Below, one piece after another: positions 1 through 8,225 of a DNA stretch of 64,000 nt. The translations under genes and the position numbers were made by a program. The stretch is taken from positions 11,458 through 75,457 of the forward strand of contig JAJCYG010000065.1 in the NCBI GenBank assembly GCA_029263055.1. The letters are read 5' to 3'. This DNA is from Actinomycetes bacterium. GTDB lineage: Bacteria; Auribacterota; JAJCYG01. Under the pieces are notes generated by a model. It had not been told where the DNA came from. It worked only from the letters and a program-made list of their open reading frames with translations, and made no database searches. The stretch's first letter is position 1. Each line of letters opens with the position of its first letter.

Positions 1-428
1 TGCAAAGTGTGCTGCCAATGAAAGATGGTTCGGCGCTTCGTTTGACTACAGCTAAATATTACACACCTAAAGATCGTTCTGTTCATGGAAAAGGAATTAT
101 TCCTGATATTGTGGTCGATATCTCTGATAAAGATATGATTCAACTGCTTCGACAAAGAAGAAAAGAAAAACTGAAAAAAGTTGAAGAAAATATTCCTGAA
201 CCGATTGAAAAAGAAGATAAACCAGAAGTAAAGATAGATAAGAAAGATAAAAAGGATAAGAAAGCAGAAGAGGAAGAGACGATTGCGGACGTTCAATTAG
301 ATCGAGCCGTTGACTTGCTAAAGGGACTTGATATTTTGATGCACAAATCTTTAACCAATCCATTTGCCATCACTCCTTTTCAGGCAAATGCAAAAGATGG
401 AGACGATGTCTCTATCTTAAAAAATTAA
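1..428 (+). CDS. Carboxyl-terminal (tail-specific) protease, S41 family, C-terminal fragment; 5' end lies outside the window. Carries a Lys/Asp/Glu-rich low-complexity insert.
   Basis: The ORF runs off the window start. The motif GKGIIPDIVVD and the surrounding C-terminal region resemble CtpA/Prc-type S41 peptidases. The KDKKDKK repeat is low complexity. Confidence 0.55.
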   Translation, partial: QSVLPMKDGSALRLTTAKYYTPKDRSVHGKGIIPDIVVDISDKDMIQLLRQRRKEKLKKVEENIPEPIEKEDKPEVKIDKKDKKDKKAEEEETIADVQLDRAVDLLKGLDILMHKSLTNPFAITPFQANAKDGDDVSILKN

Positions 429-431
429 CCA

Positions 432-1256
432 TTGAAACGTTATCTGATTTTATTTCAAACTCTTTTTCTTTTAGTGGCAATCGGCTGTAGTCGGGCGCCA
501 CAAAAGACAGCACTGCCTCCGGTCGATTCTGTTGCAATTGGGACTAAAGAAGTGGCTGTTATTCCTCTTCCTGAAAAGAAAATCCCTGTTCTAAAAGCAA
601 AAGCCTTAGTGGCGATTATTATTGATGATGCCGGTCACAACTTGCGTCCAATGGAAGCTTTATCGTCTCTACCTGTTCGGTTTAATATCGCGGTGTTGCC
701 ACGTCTGAAATACTCTAAAAAAGTGGCGCGTGACCTTTATGAACAAGGCTATGAGATTATGCTGCATCAGCCAATGGAACCTAAAAATAGTGCGATTGAT
801 CCGGGACCAGGGGCTATTTTAGTTTCAATGAATGCTGAGGAAATTTCTAAAATATTAGAAGAAAACTTTGCCGGTATCCCTCATTTAGTTGGTTTTAATA
901 ACCATATGGGGTCTAAAGCCACAATGGACCAAACTGTAATGGAAGCGGTTCTAAGAGCAGGGAAGAAAAGTAATTTGTTTTTTATTGATTCACTTACCTC
1001 TGCTTCTAAAGTAAAGGCAGCTGCTAAGGTTGTTGATGTTAATATTTTGACTCGAGATATTTTCTTAGATAATGAACGTGATTTGAATAAGATTAAAACT
1101 CAATTGCGTAAGCTAAAGAAAGTTGCTTTAGAAAAAGGGGCTGCCATTGGAATTGGGCATTTTTATCCTTTAACCATTCAAGCAATTGAAGAAATCCTAC
1201 CTGAGTACGAACAAGATCAAGTGGCGATTGTTCCTGTCTCTCAATTTTTGGAATAA
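432..1256 (+). CDS. Divergent polysaccharide deacetylase (YibQ-like) exported protein
   Basis: It has an N-terminal signal or TM segment. The IIIDDAGHN and LPVRFNIAVLP motifs are typical of the YibQ/DUF610 divergent deacetylase family. It follows ctp, as in many bacteria. Confidence 0.55.
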   Translation: MKRYLILFQTLFLLVAIGCSRAPQKTALPPVDSVAIGTKEVAVIPLPEKKIPVLKAKALVAIIIDDAGHNLRPMEALSSLPVRFNIAVLPRLKYSKKVARDLYEQGYEIMLHQPMEPKNSAIDPGPGAILVSMNAEEISKILEENFAGIPHLVGFNNHMGSKATMDQTVMEAVLRAGKKSNLFFIDSLTSASKVKAAAKVVDVNILTRDIFLDNERDLNKIKTQLRKLKKVALEKGAAIGIGHFYPLTIQAIEEILPEYEQDQVAIVPVSQFLE

Positions 1257-1257
1257 C

Positions 1258-2268
1258 ATGGTTGTTTTAGGTATTGAATCAAGTTGTGACGAAACCTCGG
1301 TTGCCTTAGTTAAAAAAGGGAATCAGGTTCTTTCTAATGTGGTGGCATCTCAAATTAAAGATCATCGTGAGTATGGGGGCGTGGTTCCAGAGCTGGCGAG
1401 TCGCAAGCATTTAGAAAATATTGAGCCTGTGTTTCAACTCGGTCTCAAACAGGCCAAGCTTAAACCCCAAGATATTGATTTGATTGCTGTGACGCAGGGA
1501 CCCGGGTTAACCGGATCTCTTTTAATTGGCGTTTCATTTGCTCGAGCATTAGCCTATAACTTAAAGAAAAAATTAGTGGGCGTTCATCACATTGAGTCGC
1601 ATCTCTATTCTCCTTTTTTAGAAAACTCAAAATTAAAATTTCCTTTTATTAGTTTAGTGGTTTCAGGTGGGCATACCGCTCTATTTCATGTGAAGGGAAT
1701 TGGAAAGTATCGTCAACTGGGACATACAGTGGATGATGCCGTTGGAGAAGCGTATGACAAAGTAGCTAAGATGTTGGAGTTGGGTTACCCCGGTGGGCCG
1801 ATTGTGGATCGGCTGGCTAAAGAGGGTGATCCTAAAGCGATTTCATTTCCCCGCGCTATGCTGCATTCCAAAAATTTAAATTTTAGTTTTAGTGGATTAA
1901 AAACAGCTGTGTTGTATCACATTCGAAAGTATCCAAGCTTAAAAAAAGTTCCGGTTGCAGATGTTTGTGCTTCGTTTCAAGAAGCAGTCATGGATGTGCT
2001 TGTGGCAAAAATAAAAAAAGCAACGCAACAAAGTAAGGTAGAAACAATCACCATGGCAGGTGGCGTGGCGTGTAATTCACGCTTGCGTGTTCGTCTAAAT
2101 GAGTTAGCCGATCAACAAGGCTGGCAGTTTTTTTATCCTTCTCCAATCATGTGTACAGATAACGCGGCCATGATTGCAGGTTTAGGTTATCACAAGCGTG
2201 GTTTAGCCAAATCTCCACAATCAACTTCTCTAAAGCTCGAAGCAAGACCTACTTGGGCCATTGCTTAA
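1258..2268 (+). CDS. tsaD: tRNA N6-adenosine threonylcarbamoyltransferase TsaD (Kae1/Gcp family)
   Basis: The N-terminus MVVLGIESSCDETSVAL, the HHIESH metal-binding motif and the SGGVACN motif identify it. The start was moved to the ATG at 1258, which lies just after the stop of the upstream gene. Confidence 0.9.
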   Translation: MVVLGIESSCDETSVALVKKGNQVLSNVVASQIKDHREYGGVVPELASRKHLENIEPVFQLGLKQAKLKPQDIDLIAVTQGPGLTGSLLIGVSFARALAYNLKKKLVGVHHIESHLYSPFLENSKLKFPFISLVVSGGHTALFHVKGIGKYRQLGHTVDDAVGEAYDKVAKMLELGYPGGPIVDRLAKEGDPKAISFPRAMLHSKNLNFSFSGLKTAVLYHIRKYPSLKKVPVADVCASFQEAVMDVLVAKIKKATQQSKVETITMAGGVACNSRLRVRLNELADQQGWQFFYPSPIMCTDNAAMIAGLGYHKRGLAKSPQSTSLKLEARPTWAIA

Positions 2269-2303
2269 ATTCCGTGGTATAATAATTCCCATAGGGACAA
2301 ACC

Positions 2304-3362
2304 ATGGAACTGGACGCATTACTCCAGACAGTTATTGATAAACAAGCTTCAGACCTTCACCTTACAGTGAAGGAACCTCCCATGTTACGCATTCATGGAC
2401 AGCTCGAACCCATTGAAAACCTTCCCCTCTTAAATGCCAAAGATGTTGAACAATATGCTTTAAAAACAATGACTCTGGAACAACAAGCTCAAGTGATGGA
2501 ACGGGGTGGGACTGACTTTGCTTTGAATTATCAAGATAAAGCACGCTTTCGTGTATCTGTTTATAAGCAAAAAGGAAATTATGGATTGGCCTTGCGCTTG
2601 CTTCCAAATCAAAAGTTAACTTTAGAAGAGATTGGATTGTCTGAAGCGGTTAAAGAATTATTGTTTCGTCCGCGTGGTTTGATTTTAATGACAGGTCCAA
2701 CAGGAAGTGGCAAGACCACCACTTTGGCCAGTATGATTAATGTGATTAATCAAGAACGAGGCGGTCATATTTTAACGTTTGAAGATCCTATTGAATATTT
2801 GCATGAACACAAAAAGGGAATTATCACGCAACGCGAATTAGGTGACGATGTTCCTGACTTTGCCAATGCGATTCGTTCAGGGTTGAGGCAAGACCCTGAT
2901 GTGATGATGGTGGGGGAAATGCGCGACCCTGTCACCATTGAAGCGGCTATTACCGCCGCTGAAACCGGGCATGTGGTTTTTTCTACATTGCATACAACTG
3001 GCGCTGCAAAAACAGTAGATCGTATTTTGGGTGTTTTTCCACCGAGTCAACAAGAGCTGATTCGGATGCAGCTCTCAACTTCTTTATTAGCTGTGATCTC
3101 ACAAGTGTTGGTGCCCCGTTGTGACAAGCCTGGGCGTGTGGCTGCTTTTGAAATCATGATTGCCACTCCTGCGATTCAAAACTATATCCGCGAAAACAAA
3201 ACATTTCGGATCCTCTCAGACATACAAACAGGGGGTAAGTTTGGGATGATCACTTTAGACATGTCGCTGATTAATTTGTATGAGCAAAAGATTATTAGCT
3301 ATGGTGATCTTTTAGCAAAATGCCAAGATGTTGAAGCTGTGATCCAACGAGTGAAGTCGTAA
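2304..3362 (+). CDS. pilT: Type IV pilus retraction ATPase PilT-like (PilT/GspE secretion ATPase family)
   Basis: The Walker A motif LILMTGPTGSGKTTTLASMI is present, and the ~350 aa length fits PilT rather than GspE or PilB. Asp and His box regions are present. Confidence 0.75.
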   Translation: MELDALLQTVIDKQASDLHLTVKEPPMLRIHGQLEPIENLPLLNAKDVEQYALKTMTLEQQAQVMERGGTDFALNYQDKARFRVSVYKQKGNYGLALRLLPNQKLTLEEIGLSEAVKELLFRPRGLILMTGPTGSGKTTTLASMINVINQERGGHILTFEDPIEYLHEHKKGIITQRELGDDVPDFANAIRSGLRQDPDVMMVGEMRDPVTIEAAITAAETGHVVFSTLHTTGAAKTVDRILGVFPPSQQELIRMQLSTSLLAVISQVLVPRCDKPGRVAAFEIMIATPAIQNYIRENKTFRILSDIQTGGKFGMITLDMSLINLYEQKIISYGDLLAKCQDVEAVIQRVKS

Positions 3363-3950
3363 CTACTCGTCCAACCCTAAGATCTTTTTTCCTGATTCAC
3401 TGATCATGCTCGAGTTCCAGGCAGGATCCCAAACCACTTCAACGGTTGCTTTAGCCACGCCAGGAAGGCGAGCAATTTTAGATTCAGCATCACCTGCAAT
3501 GGTGGCGCCCATACCACAACCTTGAGCAGTGAGTGTCATTTTGACATGAATATCATTGTCACCACTGTCTAATTTTTGAACTTCCATGTCATAAATCAAA
3601 CCAAGGTCGACAATGTTTAAAGGAATTTCTGGATCGTAACAAGTCTTGAGTGCGTCCCAAACCCGCTCTTGGCTAAACTCACCTGCTTCAATATCTGAGT
3701 CACCTTGCAAAGCTCCTTCAGGAATCACAGTCCCTTCAGGATAGAGCGCATCCAAATCCTTATCATTAATTCGAGCCAAAGCCCCATAAGAAGGAACTTG
3801 CACAGTAATGTTTCCACCCAAAGTTTGAGTCACCATTGCTTCAGTTCCTTTACGAACTGTCAAAGGATCCCCACTTGGAATCTGAGTAATGGTTGTATCT
3901 CTAAAAAATTGAATGGTATCGCCTGCTTGTAATTCTTTATATGTGCTCAT
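3363..3950 (-). CDS. DUF59 / SufT-like (MIP18 family) Fe-S cluster assembly protein with ~90 aa N-terminal extension
   Basis: The C-terminal half matches the DUF59 pattern: DPEIPLNIVDLGLIY...V.V.MTLT..GCGMG......I..LPGV..V.V..VWDP.W....M...GK..LGL. Confidence 0.55.
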   Translation of the reverse strand: MSTYKELQAGDTIQFFRDTTITQIPSGDPLTVRKGTEAMVTQTLGGNITVQVPSYGALARINDKDLDALYPEGTVIPEGALQGDSDIEAGEFSQERVWDALKTCYDPEIPLNIVDLGLIYDMEVQKLDSGDNDIHVKMTLTAQGCGMGATIAGDAESKIARLPGVAKATVEVVWDPAWNSSMISESGKKILGLDE

Positions 3951-4020
3951 GTTTACTCCTAAAAGGTTTAAAGGTATTAAATCTAAGGTGTCCGATTATA
4001 CCGACTTCCCCCTTCCGCCA

Positions 4021-4086
4021 CAACCCCAAACCCCCCTCCTGTGGATAACCGGGGGTCAGGCTCACTTATCCACAGGTTTGGGGTTG
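4021..4086. promoter_or_regulatory. Imperfect 21-bp palindrome. The arms are 4021-4049 and 4066-4086, and each contains a perfect DnaA-box 9-mer TTATCCACA (minus strand 4040-4048, plus strand 4066-4074). It overlaps the -35 element.
   Basis: Arm 1 is CAACCCCAAACC[CCCCTC]CTGTGGATAA and arm 2 is TTATCCACAGGTTTGGGGTTG. The 17-nt spacer carries a GGGGTCAGGC motif. The element sits in the divergent promoter region between 3950 (minus gene) and 4155 (plus gene). Confidence 0.5.
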
Positions 4087-4112
4087 ATTTTATCGAGGGG
4101 GAGGGGTATAAT
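4084..4112 (+). promoter_or_regulatory. Sigma70-like promoter for the AKR/Cld-like gene: -35 TTGATT (4084-4089), 17-nt spacer, -10 TATAAT (4107-4112)
   Basis: A near-consensus hexamer pair with optimal spacing lies ~43 nt upstream of the ATG at 4155. Confidence 0.5.
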
Positions 4113-4154
4113 TTCTGCTCCTTAATTTTATAAATTTAAAGAAAGAGCTTAGTT

Positions 4155-6038
4155 ATGACAATTGATGCACAAATTCAAGAAGCTTCAAAAGATCAAACCA
4201 TTGTACAAATTGGACCTGCTGTTTTTGGGATGTGGAGTGGGGGACACTTCATGCATTTTGGCGAAGACATCGGAGAAGAGAATTTAAAAGCTCTTGTTCG
4301 TCAAGCTTACCAAAAAGGGATCCGCACTTTTATGACGGCGGATGTTTATGGCAATGGGAAGTCTGATCAAATGTTAGGTGAAGCTCTTTCTGAGTATGAC
4401 CGCAGTTCTTACAAAATTTTAGGCGCAATTGGTCATGATTTTTATACAGGTAGACGAGAAGGGGAAAAAGGGTTTCCTCGATTTACAGACCCGCGTTTGC
4501 GTGATGAATCTGAGTATGAAAATTATATTCGGATGGCAACTCAAAAATCTTTAGAACGTTTAAGGACTGATTATTTTGATGTGTTGTTTTTGCACAACCC
4601 GGATCAAATTGGTTATACCAATAAAAAGATTTGGCAAACATTTGATCAGCTGAAAAAAGAAGGCATTGTCAAGCAAGTTGGGATTGCACCTGGACCGGCA
4701 AATGGTTTTTCTTTAGATTTGATTGGTGCGTTTGAAGATTTTGAATCAAGTATTGATTGGGCCATGATTATTATGAATCCGTTTGAACCATGGCCTGGAA
4801 ATTTTGCTTTAGAACCTGCAAAGAAACATAATGTGAAGTTGTTGATTCGTGTGGTTGATTATGGCGGCTTGTTTCATGAATCAATCAAGCCAGGCGTGCA
4901 ACTTCCTCGAATGGATCACCGAAGCTTTCGTCCTAAAGGATGGATTGAAGCAGGTTGGGAAAAAATAGAGCAGGTTCGTCCTATTGCTGAGAAACATGAC
5001 ATTTCATTGCTTCAGCTCTCTTGTCAATGGAATCGGAGTCAATCTAATGTTGAAGCAGTTGTGCCGACTTTGATTCAAGAAAAAGATCCGAATGCCAAAT
5101 CATTAGAAGCTCAATTAGATGAATTAGTTGGCATTGCTGATTTAAAAACACTTTCTGAAGAAGAAGTTTCGAAGATTTCTGAGATAGGGAATAACAAAGG
5201 ATGCATGGCTCTAAAAGGAGGCTCCCGTCAGTATCAAGGACCGCCTCAAGGAGATCAATGGCACATTTCAGATAAAAATAACGATGTGGCTAAACGTTGG
5301 GGAATTGAGCCTGACCGAGATTTGTTTTATATGGAAGACCCGCGTGACTTAAGAGAAAAAGGAGCGCCTGTTCGAGGCAAACCTCAGTTTCTTGATCGTC
5401 GACTGTTTATTCAGTTCTTGGCTTTTGGCAATTGCCACAACCCTGCCGCAATTATTGATGTGATTAAAGAAAAGAAATGTGAAGCAGTTGTTTACGCCGA
5501 TGCCAATGACCCTAAAGGAATCGGGCTTGTTTTTATGAGTGAAGATCCTGACTTTTTTGTTGGAGAAAAGAACTGTTTGCTCAACCATCACGCTTTTTCT
5601 GAATTAGAAGACAAGCCAGAGTTTACGATGTTTGGCCGTACTTATTCAAGTGGCCGCGAGCCTGATTTAGAAGATTGGGTGCTTCATAAACCACGCAAAA
5701 CCGCTTTTAATCCAGATTGGCCGTGGGCGATTTGGTATCCGCTGCGTCGTAAAGGATCGTTTGAACAACTGACCCCTGCCGAACAAGGAAAAATCTTATT
5801 CGAACATGCTATGATTGGCCGCAACTACGGCAATGCTGATTATGCTCATGACATTCGAATTGCTTGCCATGGCTTAGACCAAAATGACAATGAGTTTGTG
5901 ATTGGTTTAACAGGGCGTGAATTGTTTCCGCTTTCGCACATCATCCAAACCATGCGCAAAACAAAACAGACCTCGGAATATATTGAATCCCTCGGTCCGT
6001 TTTTTGTTGGAAAAGCAATTTACCAATTCCAAAAGTAG
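4155..6038 (+). CDS. Fusion protein. The N-terminal ~330 aa is an aldo/keto reductase (AKR). The C-terminal ~290 aa is a chlorite dismutase/HemQ-like (CDE superfamily) domain.
   Basis: The AKR part shows MTADVYGNGKSDQMLGEAL, LERLRTDYFDVLFLHNPD and a GIAPGP-type region. The C-terminal part shows YAHDIRIACHGLDQNDNEFVIGLTGRELFPLSHIIQTMR, recalling the H...GLDD.DF...E..DL.....L...M pattern of Cld/HemQ family proteins. Confidence 0.55.
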   Translation: MTIDAQIQEASKDQTIVQIGPAVFGMWSGGHFMHFGEDIGEENLKALVRQAYQKGIRTFMTADVYGNGKSDQMLGEALSEYDRSSYKILGAIGHDFYTGRREGEKGFPRFTDPRLRDESEYENYIRMATQKSLERLRTDYFDVLFLHNPDQIGYTNKKIWQTFDQLKKEGIVKQVGIAPGPANGFSLDLIGAFEDFESSIDWAMIIMNPFEPWPGNFALEPAKKHNVKLLIRVVDYGGLFHESIKPGVQLPRMDHRSFRPKGWIEAGWEKIEQVRPIAEKHDISLLQLSCQWNRSQSNVEAVVPTLIQEKDPNAKSLEAQLDELVGIADLKTLSEEEVSKISEIGNNKGCMALKGGSRQYQGPPQGDQWHISDKNNDVAKRWGIEPDRDLFYMEDPRDLREKGAPVRGKPQFLDRRLFIQFLAFGNCHNPAAIIDVIKEKKCEAVVYADANDPKGIGLVFMSEDPDFFVGEKNCLLNHHAFSELEDKPEFTMFGRTYSSGREPDLEDWVLHKPRKTAFNPDWPWAIWYPLRRKGSFEQLTPAEQGKILFEHAMIGRNYGNADYAHDIRIACHGLDQNDNEFVIGLTGRELFPLSHIIQTMRKTKQTSEYIESLGPFFVGKAIYQFQK

Positions 6039-6049
6039 AGCAAAAACAA

Positions 6050-6349
6050 TTAAGCGTTGGCGTAGACTTTGTGTGAAGGTCTGCCGGCTAAGATTTGTTC
6101 TTTTCCCCAGTTGGTGACTGCGGCAAATTCTTCGGATTGAATGAATTTTGAGAACGCTTCTTTTTCTGACCATTCTGAAACAATCAGGTATGAGGTTGCT
6201 TTAGCCACATCTTTATAAAGATGTGATTTTTCATGGCCTTGCATATCTTTCATGACATTTAACACTTTTGTAAACGCATCTTCAAATGCTTGTTCTTTGC
6301 CTGGGATTACTTCGTAGTTCATTCCAATCGTTACCATAATATCCTCCAA
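6050..6349 (-). CDS. Antibiotic biosynthesis monooxygenase (ABM/Dabb) domain protein. The true start may be the ATG at 6337.
   Basis: At ~95 aa it has the ferredoxin-like ABM pattern MVTIGMNYEVIPGKEQAFEDAF...YLIVSEWSEKEAFSKFIQSEEF. IsdG-type heme oxygenases share this fold. Confidence 0.55.
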   Translation of the reverse strand: MEDIMVTIGMNYEVIPGKEQAFEDAFTKVLNVMKDMQGHEKSHLYKDVAKATSYLIVSEWSEKEAFSKFIQSEEFAAVTNWGKEQILAGRPSHKVYANA

Positions 6350-6530
6350 ATTTGCTCAGAGTGTATCAGAAAGCCAAAAATGTTCAAAATGGTATTTTTG
6401 CGTAGAAAGTGAACAAAAATGAGCGTGATTAAAAACGGGCACTTTTATAACAATTTCTAATAGAAGGGGATGGGAAAGTGAGAATTTGGCCTGCTATATG
6501 CAAATAATAGTTATGAAGCCGGAGGGTTGG

Positions 6531-7883
6531 ATGAAGAAGCAAGGAATAGTGATTTTGTTGGTCATTATGTTAGGAGTACCAGGACAGGTTAAGGCGGTTC
6601 AGTCCAACCATTTTAATGATTATTTAGATGTTGCGGCCTCTCGTTTGTCGACTTCTTCTTCAAGTCTTTTTGAGCAAACCCTTCTTGGATTTACTTATTT
6701 AGGACTGGGTGAGTGGGAAAAAGCAGAAGCACAAATCTTGATAGGAAAAGAAGTTGTTGAGAAAAATAAGAACTTGTTAACAAGCTTTAAACTTTGGTTG
6801 GCTCTGCTTTCATTTCAATTTGATTTTTTAACGGAACAAAATAAATACGGTTTGTTTGGCGAAAAACTCTGCTTAGATGTTTGTTCTCTTCCTACTTATA
6901 ATGATTTGCCTGTTATGGGAAAGAGAAAAGATATTTGGAATGTTGATTGGAGTTGTTTTGTTGCATTAGAAGATATTCGTTTTGGAATAGAAGTATTAGA
7001 TGTTGCCACTCAGCTAACTTTAAATTTAAAGAATAAAAAAACGTTTGAAGTAAAAAAACAAAAATTAATTCAAGCACTTCCATTGTTTGAGTCATTTCCT
7101 GAAAATAGTTTTTTTGTTTTTTCTTATTTAGATGATCAGTCTTCTGACATAGAAGATAAGCGCAAAAGCTATTTTTTTAATGTTTCTAATGGGCTTTACT
7201 TTGTGTCTGATCAAAGAAAAATAGCTATGCCTAAGCCTGGAAAAACTAAGAGAACTCTTGCTTACTTTGCTGGTTTAATGAGAGAAGAACAGTCAGAGAG
7301 GGCTATTGCTAAGTATGAAAAAGCTCGCCGATCGATAAATGGATTACGTCCCTTTTCTGTATGGAAAAAAGAAAATCAGCTTAAGATTTATGATCGAAGC
7401 CATCTTGCTTCATTGAATAAAAAAGAAGATTGGTTTTTTCCTGATCGTTTTAAGGATAAATTCTCTGATAAAGGATTAGCAGATATCTGTTTTGATTTTA
7501 TTAAAACATATTCTCATCCATTAAAATTACAGAAAACAGTGGTTGTAAAAGAAGAGTTAAATTCTCTGATTTTGGCAAAAATAGCTAAACGCCATCTTTT
7601 AACAGGAGAGTATAATAAAGCGGAAAGATGGGCTAAAAAATCTGTAGCTACAGATCAAGATCGTGATGCGGTTGCTTCATCATGGTTGATTTTGGGTAAA
7701 ATTTATCGTGATAAAGCGGACCATGCAAAGTCTGATTTTAAATTTGTATTAGCCGATCAATATCAAGAAAAGAGTGAGCATGCTTTTCAGACTGTGGCAC
7801 GCCACTACCCAACAGCCAGTGTGATTGATTCTAAAAGCTCGTTAAAACGAGTGGTTGAGATTATTCAAGGCCTCTACCAGTAA
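6531..7883 (+). CDS. Secreted hypothetical protein (signal peptide), AT-rich
   Basis: The start was moved to MKKQGIVILLVIMLGVPGQVKA, which has a good signal peptide and an SD GGAGGG upstream. The protein is ~450 aa with no recognisable family. Its composition is more AT-rich than the flanking genes. Confidence 0.45.
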   Translation: MKKQGIVILLVIMLGVPGQVKAVQSNHFNDYLDVAASRLSTSSSSLFEQTLLGFTYLGLGEWEKAEAQILIGKEVVEKNKNLLTSFKLWLALLSFQFDFLTEQNKYGLFGEKLCLDVCSLPTYNDLPVMGKRKDIWNVDWSCFVALEDIRFGIEVLDVATQLTLNLKNKKTFEVKKQKLIQALPLFESFPENSFFVFSYLDDQSSDIEDKRKSYFFNVSNGLYFVSDQRKIAMPKPGKTKRTLAYFAGLMREEQSERAIAKYEKARRSINGLRPFSVWKKENQLKIYDRSHLASLNKKEDWFFPDRFKDKFSDKGLADICFDFIKTYSHPLKLQKTVVVKEELNSLILAKIAKRHLLTGEYNKAERWAKKSVATDQDRDAVASSWLILGKIYRDKADHAKSDFKFVLADQYQEKSEHAFQTVARHYPTASVIDSKSSLKRVVEIIQGLYQ

Positions 7884-7927
7884 GTTTCTGTTATACTTCA
7901 GCCTCACCTAAATTATGGAGAATCAAT

Positions 7928-8188
7928 ATGTCAGAGATGGTTCAGAAGATTGAAGCCATTTTAAAAGAAGCGTTGCAGCCTACTTCTATAGAAGTAGAGG
8001 ACCAAAGCTATCTGCACAAAGGGCATGCCGGAGCCATGAAAGGGGGTGGCCATTATAAAGTAGAGGTTATTTCACCTCTTTTTGAGGGCAAATCTCTAGT
8101 GGAGCAGCATCAAATGGTCTACCAAGCCCTTGGGCAGGAAATGAAGGCAGACATCCATGCCTTAGCTCTTAAAACCTCGGTTCGATAA
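7928..8188 (+). CDS. BolA family protein
   Basis: At 86 aa it matches the YLHKGHAG....GGHY.V.V.S..F.G.S.V..H..VY..L pattern of BolA/YrbA. Confidence 0.75.
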   Translation: MSEMVQKIEAILKEALQPTSIEVEDQSYLHKGHAGAMKGGGHYKVEVISPLFEGKSLVEQHQMVYQALGQEMKADIHALALKTSVR

Positions 8189-8196
8189 AATAGGGG

Positions 8197-8225
8197 TTGA
8201 CTCTTTTGGGGGAGTCACTTATAAT
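8197..8225 (+). promoter_or_regulatory. Consensus sigma70 promoter: -35 TTGACT (8197-8202), 17-nt spacer, -10 TATAAT (8220-8225). The spacer contains the palindrome GACTCttttgggggGAGTC.
   Basis: Both hexamers are perfect or near-perfect. It lies ~120 nt upstream of coaE (8347), and no ORF occupies the 120-nt stretch. Confidence 0.55.

Noticed and set aside
170-300. KDKKDKK and AKP nucleotide repeats (Ctp insert at 170-300, rplS tail at 16860-16990) as tandem-repeat or mobile features
   Set aside because: They are in-frame coding low-complexity regions of otherwise conserved proteins, not independent repeat elements.
97-363. Antisense or embedded small ORFs throughout the track (for example 97-363, 2362-2607, 5349-5591, 9420-10291, 13392-13580, 15099-15401, 16656-17058, 17365-17673, 20576-21220, 23052-23324 and 24857-25114)
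   Set aside because: Each lies entirely within a long, well-supported gene on the opposite strand or in another frame. None has a family signature, and their low-complexity compositions mirror the sense gene. They were treated as spurious.
3705-4125. ORFs 3705-3932 and 3913-4125 in and around the divergent promoter region
   Set aside because: The first lies within the DUF59 gene on the opposite strand. The second spans the DnaA-box palindrome and promoter, has no start context, and its product is Pro/Gly-rich because of the GC-rich palindrome. Both are non-coding.
5907-6173. ORFs 5907-6173 (minus strand) and 5917-6117 (plus strand) at the 3' end of the AKR/Cld-like gene
   Set aside because: They overlap the end of the 627-aa gene and the ABM gene, give Arg-rich low-complexity translations, and have no support.
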